Positions 38,951 through 45,276 of a stretch of 45,276 nt of DNA are shown piece by piece. The DNA lies in the IMG/VR virus record IMGVR_UViG_3300012286_000299, positions 1 to 45,276 of that record. One strand, 5' to 3'. Positions within the stretch are counted from its first letter, which is position 1; each line of letters starts with the position of its first letter. Under the pieces are notes generated by a model. The model did not search any database and had not been told where the DNA came from. It saw nothing but the letters and a program-made list of their open reading frames with translations. The position numbers and the translations under genes are program-made. Source of the DNA: a virus (taxonomy: Duplodnaviria; Heunggongvirae; Uroviricota; Caudoviricetes).

Positions 38951-39811
38951 ATGGCTAATATAAAGCATAACAAATATAAAAACACGGGAATATTATTCGA
39001 ATTGCTTGTAAGAAAAATTACAGCTGATACTATGTCTCATCATGATTCTAAAGCTATTTCTTTAATTAAAAAGTATTTTGTTAATACTGAATTATCTAAA
39101 GAAAATAAACTATATCAATCGATATCAAAATCGCAAAATATTAGTGAGGCCCAAGCAGAGTCAATCCTTTCAACTATCTTAGAGATAAATAAAACTTTAG
39201 ATAGAAATCAATTGGCCAAGGAAAAATATAACTTAATTAAAGAAATTAAGAATAATTTTGATATTGATGACTTTTTTAAAGCCAAAATTAATAATTATAA
39301 ATTATTATCTTCAACGTATACATTATTAGAGTCACATATATCTCCTATTAAAAATTTAGATGATATTATTACGTCTAAAATGAATATTTTAGAGCATATT
39401 GCACAAATTAATGCTATTACACCACCTCCACCTTCAGTAAATGAATTTGAAACTTTGGATAAAGGAACTCGTGCATTAGTTTATAAAATAATGTTAGAAA
39501 AATTTAATGAAAGATTTAATACTTTATCTGATGATCAAAAAGATGTATTAAAAGAATATATTAATAATATTTCTAATACAACTAATTTAAAAAAATATGT
39601 AAATTCTAAGTTTACATCATTAAAAGAATCTCTTTTAAAGTTATTACCTGAAATAGAAGATGCTACTATTAAAATTAAAGTAAATGAGACCATAAATCTT
39701 ATTAATCCTATTTTAGAATCTAAAACTATAAAAGATGATAATATAGTTGCATTACTACAATATCAAGAATTACATAGTGAGTTAACAAAAATTCATAATG
39801 CAAGACAATAA
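38951..39811 (+). CDS. Head-module protein (putative prohead core)
   Basis: 286 aa, helical, IKHNKYKNTGILFELLVR; located between portal and protease. Confidence 0.6.
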   Translation: MANIKHNKYKNTGILFELLVRKITADTMSHHDSKAISLIKKYFVNTELSKENKLYQSISKSQNISEAQAESILSTILEINKTLDRNQLAKEKYNLIKEIKNNFDIDDFFKAKINNYKLLSSTYTLLESHISPIKNLDDIITSKMNILEHIAQINAITPPPPSVNEFETLDKGTRALVYKIMLEKFNERFNTLSDDQKDVLKEYINNISNTTNLKKYVNSKFTSLKESLLKLLPEIEDATIKIKVNETINLINPILESKTIKDDNIVALLQYQELHSELTKIHNARQ

Positions 39812-40475
39812 ATTAAAAGAATTAGTATTAAAATATTTAGCTGAACTTCTTGATGAGGAATCAGCTTCTGGTGATGCCGGAGGATATTTAACTAAAGCTT
39901 TTGTTAGAAAGTCAACTGACCAAGATAAAAATTCACCTGCCGGGTTTGAATCAATGCCTAAATCAGGAGATGTTTATAAAAAAATGGGATTTAAAATAAT
40001 AAATCCTAATGAAAGAATTGATGCTAAGGATTTATGGAAGGGACAACATTTAGAAGAAAGAATAGCTATTTTAACTCCTAAAGCCTTTAGAAAACCTAAA
40101 AAACAACATGAGACTTCAAAGTCTGGACATGAAGATTTACCTAACCCCTATAAATACTTTGAACTAGTGAAATTTAAAATAGTTGAACCACAGAAAGAAA
40201 AAAAGAAAGAGCCAATTAATGAAGTTCGTTATTCTCAATTTAAAAATGAGGCTCAAAAAAGAAAACCTCAAGAACAATTACATATGGGGATTAAAAAAAT
40301 TCAACATACTTTAGATGAAGTAAATAAATTAGTTGAATTTGCTACTAGAATGAAAACTGAATTAAAAGGTGATGCTGATCAAATGAATTACTTAAAACGT
40401 ACTCATAATTCATTAATTAAAATCAACGAAAAAATACAATCAATTAACGAAAAAATTAAAGGTTTAACAGAATAA
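39798..40475 (+). CDS. Hypothetical head-module protein
   Basis: LKELVLKYLAELLDEE leader; repeated (Y/I)LT(P)KAF modules. Confidence 0.65.
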   Translation: MQDNKLKELVLKYLAELLDEESASGDAGGYLTKAFVRKSTDQDKNSPAGFESMPKSGDVYKKMGFKIINPNERIDAKDLWKGQHLEERIAILTPKAFRKPKKQHETSKSGHEDLPNPYKYFELVKFKIVEPQKEKKKEPINEVRYSQFKNEAQKRKPQEQLHMGIKKIQHTLDEVNKLVEFATRMKTELKGDADQMNYLKRTHNSLIKINEKIQSINEKIKGLTE

Positions 40476-40621
40476 TGGCAGCAGCAAAAACAAAAAGTAG
40501 TTCTACACCAACTAAGGTAGATAGACCTAAAGTTTCTAGACCAGGTGTGCATGCAAAATGTAAAACATCTAAATTAAAAAGTTCTAAAAACTATAAAAAA
40601 TTATATAGAGGACAAGGATGA
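40475..40621 (+). CDS. Small very basic protein (48 aa) ending YRGQG, not in ORF track
   Basis: MAAAKTKSS…RPGVHAKCKTSKLKSSKNYKKLYRGQG; TAATG and ATGA overlaps on both sides. Confidence 0.75.
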   Translation: MAAAKTKSSSTPTKVDRPKVSRPGVHAKCKTSKLKSSKNYKKLYRGQG

Positions 40622-41148
40622 TTAAAGCTATAGTATATTGTACTCATAATAAAATAAATGGTAAGAAATATATAGGCAGCCATAGTTTGGGAAATCCCAA
40701 ATATTTAGGTAGTGGTTTTGGTTTAAAACTTGCTATTAAAAAATATGGTAAAGAAAATTTTGAGAGAGAAACTCTATGGGAGGGTGAAGAAAATTATAAA
40801 TTAAAAATGGAAGAATATTGGATTAATTATTTTAATGCTTATACAAATCCTTTATTTTATAATAGAAGTGAAAAAGGAGTTGGTTGTCCTCCTCATATTA
40901 AAAAAATTCCTAAAACACAAATTATAAAAGATAAAATTAGTTCTTCAATGATAGGTAAAAATAATTGGAGTATTGGAGGACATAATTCTAAAATAATATA
41001 CCAATATGATTTGGAAGGAAATTTCATCAAAGAATACCCTTCGGTTTCTGAAGCAATTAGACAAACAGATATAAAAACAATCTTTTCATGTGTTTTAAAT
41101 AAAACAAAAACTAGTGGAGGATTTAAATGGTCTTATAATAAAATTTAA
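40618..41148 (+). mobile_element. Free-standing GIY-YIG homing endonuclease with NUMOD1-like C-terminus
   Basis: IVYCTHNKINGKKYIGS…YLGSG…KKYGKENF…E..WI…YN; IYQYDLEGNFIKEYPSVSEA…GGFKW. Confidence 0.85.
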
Positions 41149-41156
41149 TATTTATA
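41148..41156 (+). promoter_or_regulatory. Putative late promoter ATATTTATA
   Basis: Ends 3 nt before ATG 41160. Confidence 0.55.
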
Positions 41157-41159
41157 CCC

Positions 41160-42431
41160 ATGACAGTACAAAATTTATACACGCAATACTTAGATGGTAA
41201 GATAACTAAACAAAAGTTTCTTTACGAAGTTCGTAGAGATCAAAATCTTACTATGATATCTCCTAGCAATTCATTTGATGATGTTGTTAAAATATTAAAA
41301 AACAAATCAATAATTTCAGAAAAAGCTCATAAAGAAGCTAAACAACCTACTGGAAAGCAAGATGTAGAAATCATAGCTAAAACTATTGATATGGTTAATC
41401 CATATGAGTATGCTCGTGGTATGAATTATGAACTTGAAATAGTAGATGTTCCAGCAACTTCAGGTAATTTAGATGAAGATAACGTACTTAAAGTTCAGAA
41501 AAAAGTACTAGCCAATCTTACTAAAAATCCTTCTTATTATACTCAAAAAATGTATGGTAAAACAGAATTTGATGGCGATGAAACTATTGAAATTAATAAA
41601 AAATCTACAGAGGCCATTGGTAAAGGTAAAAATGCTAAAATAATTAGAGAAGGAGTAGATACTGAAGGTGAATTTGATGTAATAAGAGGTGGTAAAATTA
41701 TTGCTAGAAATGTCAAATTTTTACCAAATGGGAAAGATTACAGAGTAGGAAGTTCATTACAAACATTAGGCCCTCATGATTCAACTCAACCATCAAAAAT
41801 GGGAGGTACTAGCGATTTAATTAATCATATTAAATCACAAGGTGGATTGCAAGAAAATTATACTCCCTTTACCATAAATGAAGAGCAAGAAGCTGTACTT
41901 CAAAGATATGCTGAATCTACAGGTATACCTTTAGATAACCTAAAAAATATGGTTGCTAATGCTAGAGCAAAAAAAATGGAAGAGCACGGTCAATATTCTG
42001 ATAGAGTATCTGACGTAAATGTTGATTCATCTCCTATAAATGAAGAATGTGGTGATTGTGAAAGAGAAATGGGTGATGATTTAGATTTAGGTCATCAAGA
42101 TAACGAACCCCATATGGTTAAAGGTGAGTTATATCAAATTGCTAAACAAGCTTCTGAATTATATAAAATGATTGATGCTGTAGATAATATGGGAGAAGTA
42201 GATTTTCCTCATTGGTGGCAAGCAAAAGTTGTTTTAGCTAAGAATTATTTACAAGGAGCAAAAGATTATTTAGATAGTGCTTTAGCAATAGGTAATGAAG
42301 AAATGGATGAAGCTATTGGTTTAAAAGATAGAGGTGGTAATATTCAATATGCTAAAGATTCAACTGAAGCTTCAAATATAGAAAAAGCGGCTAGATCTAA
42401 AGGTGTAATCTTAACAAAAACACAAGTATAA
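41160..42431 (+). CDS. Modular hypothetical head-module protein
   Basis: 423 aa with modules delimited by IRE, LQE, INE, MEE, MDE. Confidence 0.65.
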   Translation: MTVQNLYTQYLDGKITKQKFLYEVRRDQNLTMISPSNSFDDVVKILKNKSIISEKAHKEAKQPTGKQDVEIIAKTIDMVNPYEYARGMNYELEIVDVPATSGNLDEDNVLKVQKKVLANLTKNPSYYTQKMYGKTEFDGDETIEINKKSTEAIGKGKNAKIIREGVDTEGEFDVIRGGKIIARNVKFLPNGKDYRVGSSLQTLGPHDSTQPSKMGGTSDLINHIKSQGGLQENYTPFTINEEQEAVLQRYAESTGIPLDNLKNMVANARAKKMEEHGQYSDRVSDVNVDSSPINEECGDCEREMGDDLDLGHQDNEPHMVKGELYQIAKQASELYKMIDAVDNMGEVDFPHWWQAKVVLAKNYLQGAKDYLDSALAIGNEEMDEAIGLKDRGGNIQYAKDSTEASNIEKAARSKGVILTKTQV

Positions 42432-43048
42432 TGAGCAAATCATTATTAATAGAATATGCTTTATTTACACCTAAATCAGCAGTATTAACTGAGGGTAAAG
42501 GTGATAGAAATTTAGTGGTTCAAGGTGTTATTCAAAGAGCCGATGCTAAAAATCAAAACGGTAGAATTTATCCAAAAGATATTCTAGCTCGTGAAGTTGA
42601 AAAATACATTGAGGGTCCAGTAGCTGAAAATAGAGCCCTAGGTGAATTAGATCACCCTGAATCAATGGTAATTAACCTAAAAAATGTATCTCATAACATT
42701 AAACAATTATGGTGGGATGGAGATGATTTAATGGGTAAAGTAGAAGTATTACCAACCCCATCAGGTAACATCTTAAAAGAATTATTCTTAAATAAAATTA
42801 CAGTAGGTATTTCTTCACGTGGCATGGGTTCAGTACAACCATTAGGAGAAGGTACAGTTGAAGTACAAGACGATTTTGAACTATTATGTTGGGATTTTGT
42901 TTCTACTCCTTCAACACAAGGTGCTTTTATGGCCCCTACAGGATTAAGTGAAGGATATAAACCACAACATACAAGTAAATATTCAAAAATTAACTCACTA
43001 GTATCAGATATTATATGCTCTCAATCAGGAGTATGCTGTATTAGATAA
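42431..43048 (+). CDS. gp21: Prohead core protease (T4 gp21-like)
   Basis: NQNGRIYP, ALGELDHP, VSH, TPSG, GISSRGMGS, DFVSTPS. Confidence 0.96.
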   Translation: MSKSLLIEYALFTPKSAVLTEGKGDRNLVVQGVIQRADAKNQNGRIYPKDILAREVEKYIEGPVAENRALGELDHPESMVINLKNVSHNIKQLWWDGDDLMGKVEVLPTPSGNILKELFLNKITVGISSRGMGSVQPLGEGTVEVQDDFELLCWDFVSTPSTQGAFMAPTGLSEGYKPQHTSKYSKINSLVSDIICSQSGVCCIR

Positions 43049-43058
43049 AATAAAAAAA

Positions 43059-43325
43059 ATGGAAAATTTTGATTTAAAAAAATACCTTTCTGAAGGAGCC
43101 TTATTAAAAGAAAATGAAGCCAATCTTAGATCACAACTACATACTCTTGTTGGTAATGAAATGAGATTAGAAAAACGAGCGGATATGTATGGTGGTGTTG
43201 AATGGCAAGTAGAAGAACATAGAAAAGCTAAGCAGGCTCTTGAAGATTTTTTACGACAAAATCCATCAATGTATGAATTTGTAGAAGAAGTTGAAGACCA
43301 TTTTTATAAACAATTATATAAGTAA
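43059..43325 (+). CDS. Hypothetical protein with 'NFDLKKYLSE' leader
   Basis: Leader resembles that of 34402 (NFDLKKAKSFLLTE). Confidence 0.65.
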   Translation: MENFDLKKYLSEGALLKENEANLRSQLHTLVGNEMRLEKRADMYGGVEWQVEEHRKAKQALEDFLRQNPSMYEFVEEVEDHFYKQLYK

Positions 43326-43367
43326 ATTAAAATACTCTCCCGATTTTACAGACTATTGTAAAAGACT

Positions 43368-43397
43368 AATGCACTCCCTAAAAAGAGTGCATTTTTT
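43368..43397 (+). terminator. Intrinsic terminator
   Basis: AATGCACTC-cctaaaaa-GAGTGCATT followed by a T run. Confidence 0.8.
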
Positions 43398-43409
43398 ATC
43401 CTCCTGCAT

Positions 43410-43418
43410 ATATTTATG
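43410..43418 (+). promoter_or_regulatory. Putative late promoter variant ATATTTATG for scaffold/capsid
   Basis: Just after the terminator, ~97 nt before ATG 43515. Confidence 0.5.
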
Positions 43419-43431
43419 ATTGTCTTATGAT

Positions 43432-43493
43432 AGGTTATCCCAATATAACCTCCCTCGCAATAAAAAATTCTATATTACTTCTCAATAAGTAAT
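43432..43493 (+). promoter_or_regulatory. Tandem hairpins with CYCAAT loops in the putative 5' leader
   Basis: AGGTTAT-cccaat-ATAACCT (43432-43451) and ATTACTT-ctcaat-AAGTAAT (43474-43493). Confidence 0.55.
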
Positions 43494-43514
43494 CACAAAC
43501 AATCACAAATTATT

Positions 43515-44492
43515 ATGGCAAACGAAAACACTAAAATTTTTAGTGAAGCAATCGCTGAAGCAAAAGCTATTAGAGAAACCGCTATGGCTAACGCAAAACT
43601 TGCTCTTGAAGAAGCTTTCACTCCTCGTATCCAAGAAATGATGAATAGTAGACTAGCATCATTATCTGAAGATGAAGAAATCGAAGAAGAATTTAAAAAA
43701 TCTAATTCAACTAATGATCCAGGTATGGTAGCACAACCAGACGCTATGGAAGAAATTTCATTAGAAGAACTTTTAGCAGAATTAGAAGGATTAGAAGAAG
43801 AACATAGCTACTCAGAAAAAGATGGCTCTGTAGATCCTGGAATAGATGATCCTTACATGGAAGAAAACGAACTTTTCGAAGCTGAAGATGATGACACAGT
43901 AGCTGAAATTACAGTTGATGATTTAAAAGATATCATCAGAGATGTAGTAGCAGATTTACTAGGTGGATCAGAAGAAGCAGGTGAAGAAGAAGAAATGGCA
44001 GGTGAAGAAGAAGAAATGGCCGGTGAAGAAGAAGCTGGAGAAGGTGAAGAAATCGAAATCGAAGATGAATTAAGTTTAGAAGAAATTTTAGCTGAACTTG
44101 AAGAAGGTGAAGATGTTGAAGAAATAGAAAACGATTCAGCTGAACTTGCAGAAGCTATGTCGACTATTGCTCAATTACGTTCTGAATTAAATGAAGTTAA
44201 TCTTCTAAATTCTAAATTACTTTACGTTAATAAGTTGTTTAAATCTAAAAATTTAACAGAAGCCCAAAAAGTAAAAGTTATTAACGCTTTTGATAGAGCT
44301 GAAACAGTTAAAGAGTCTAAAAACATTTATGAAACGTTACAAGAATCACTAACAGCTACTCATGCTAAAAAGAATCCAATTAAAGAATCTCTTTCATTCG
44401 CTTCTAAACCAGCTGGTGTTGCTGATAGAAAACCAATCGTTGAAAACAACGATTTTGTTGCAAGAATGCAAAAACTTGCAGGAATTATTTAA
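43515..44492 (+). CDS. Prohead scaffolding protein (gp22-like)
   Basis: Highly acidic coiled coil between protease and capsid genes; many LxE sites; C-terminal RMQKLAGI. Confidence 0.85.
   Translation: MANENTKIFSEAIAEAKAIRETAMANAKLALEEAFTPRIQEMMNSRLASLSEDEEIEEEFKKSNSTNDPGMVAQPDAMEEISLEELLAELEGLEEEHSYSEKDGSVDPGIDDPYMEENELFEAEDDDTVAEITVDDLKDIIRDVVADLLGGSEEAGEEEEMAGEEEEMAGEEEAGEGEEIEIEDELSLEEILAELEEGEDVEEIENDSAELAEAMSTIAQLRSELNEVNLLNSKLLYVNKLFKSKNLTEAQKVKVINAFDRAETVKESKNIYETLQESLTATHAKKNPIKESLSFASKPAGVADRKPIVENNDFVARMQKLAGII
43980..44033 (+). repeat. 21-bp tandem repeat (GEEEEMA) x ~2.5
   Basis: ggtgaagaagaagaaatggc(a/c) repeated in frame. Confidence 0.85.
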
Positions 44493-44528
44493 AAAATTAA
44501 AACAACAAAAATTAAAAAAATTAAAAAC

Positions 44529-45276
44529 ATGTCAAATTTAGTAAATTCACTATTAGAGACTGCTAACCCATATACATCTATTCAAAAAGATGCAGCTAGA
44601 TTAGCTGGAAAATGGAGTAAATCAGGTCTTTTAGAAGGTATTTCTAGCGAAACTGATAAGTCTAACATGGCTATCATTCTAGAAAACCAAGCAAAACAAT
44701 TAGTAGTAGAGTCTTCAAACACAGGTACTGGAGCATCTTTTACTGCGGGAACAGGTGAGCAGTATGCTGCAGTAGCATTACCATTAGTACGTAAAGTATT
44801 TGGTCAATTAGCTGCTAAAGAATTTGTTTCTGTTCAACCAATGAGCTTACCAGCTGGTTTAGTATTCTTCTTAGATTTCCAATATGGAACTAACCAAGAA
44901 CCATTTAACACTACAGCAGGTACTAACTCAATGTATGGTAACAACTCAGCTAATTTCGGTAACGAAAGAGCAGGTGGTTTATATGGTGCTGGTAGATTTG
45001 GATACTCATCTAACCAATTCTCAGGATCTTATGTTTCTGGTACAATTTTACAAGCGGCTTCTACAAAAGCAACTCTTACAGCTACAACAGCTTCATGGGC
45101 TGATATTAACTTTGATGCTGATTTATCATCTTCATTATCTTTAGGTAATATTAAAGCTTTAACTTTACCAACTTCAAGTATTGCAAGTTGTGATGTAAAT
45201 GCTATTCGTGCTTTTGCGGTAAGTGGTTCAGGTGCCTTTACAGTAGCTAAACAATTACCTCAATTTACACAATTAA
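44529..45276 (+). CDS. gp23: Major capsid protein (T4 gp23-like), 3'-truncated by the window
   Basis: ATG 44529, open to the window end: KWSKSGLLEG…MAIILENQAK…ALPLVRKVF…FVSVQPMSLPAGLVFFLDF. Confidence 0.95.
   Translation, partial: MSNLVNSLLETANPYTSIQKDAARLAGKWSKSGLLEGISSETDKSNMAIILENQAKQLVVESSNTGTGASFTAGTGEQYAAVALPLVRKVFGQLAAKEFVSVQPMSLPAGLVFFLDFQYGTNQEPFNTTAGTNSMYGNNSANFGNERAGGLYGAGRFGYSSNQFSGSYVSGTILQAASTKATLTATTASWADINFDADLSSSLSLGNIKALTLPTSSIASCDVNAIRAFAVSGSGAFTVAKQLPQFTQL

Noticed and set aside
43326-43514. tRNA in the largest intergenic gap
   Set aside because: No cloverleaf or TTC-loop; the hairpins are better explained as a terminator and leader.
43980-44033. GAA-rich repeat as a special element
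   Set aside because: It is an in-frame low-complexity acidic linker typical of scaffold proteins.
44884-45144. 86-aa ORF in the track
   Set aside because: Out of frame inside the major capsid gene that starts at 44529.
1-45276. Stop-codon reassignment
   Set aside because: Long conserved genes are intact under code 11, and TAG/TGA terminate ORFs at sensible gene boundaries.

Overview
This window is an AT-rich segment of a large T4-like myovirus, with all credible genes on the + strand. No Shine-Dalgarno motifs are evident, and TTTG-N19/20-TAYATT promoters plus an SprB-type repeat suggest a Bacteroidota host (inference). Gene order: small accessory ORFs; glutaredoxin, HD hydrolase and a gp55-like late sigma factor; a baseplate/tail-fibre module (split spike, gp25, gp6, large wedge/fibre proteins); a GIY-YIG nuclease, primase and PD-(D/E)XK nuclease; an ~11 kb block of mostly hypothetical proteins; and the head module (terminase large subunit, portal, prohead protease, scaffold, major capsid truncated at the window end). 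Main observations: (1) about 14 proteins share an amphipathic 'LK.(L/I)I(K/R)E..L.E' leader and [LIM]-x-E-delimited modules, suggesting a protease-processed capsid cargo/polyprotein system. (2) A recurrent ATATTTAT(A) late-promoter candidate sits beside the sigma gene, alongside a separate host-type promoter class with hairpin spacers. (3) Two hairpins with CYCAAT loops lie upstream of scaffold/capsid. (4) A baseplate paralog appears split by an SprB-like adhesin insert. (5) [ST]-[GA]-S motifs are enriched in virion proteins. All functional calls come from motif recognition by eye; no database searches were run.
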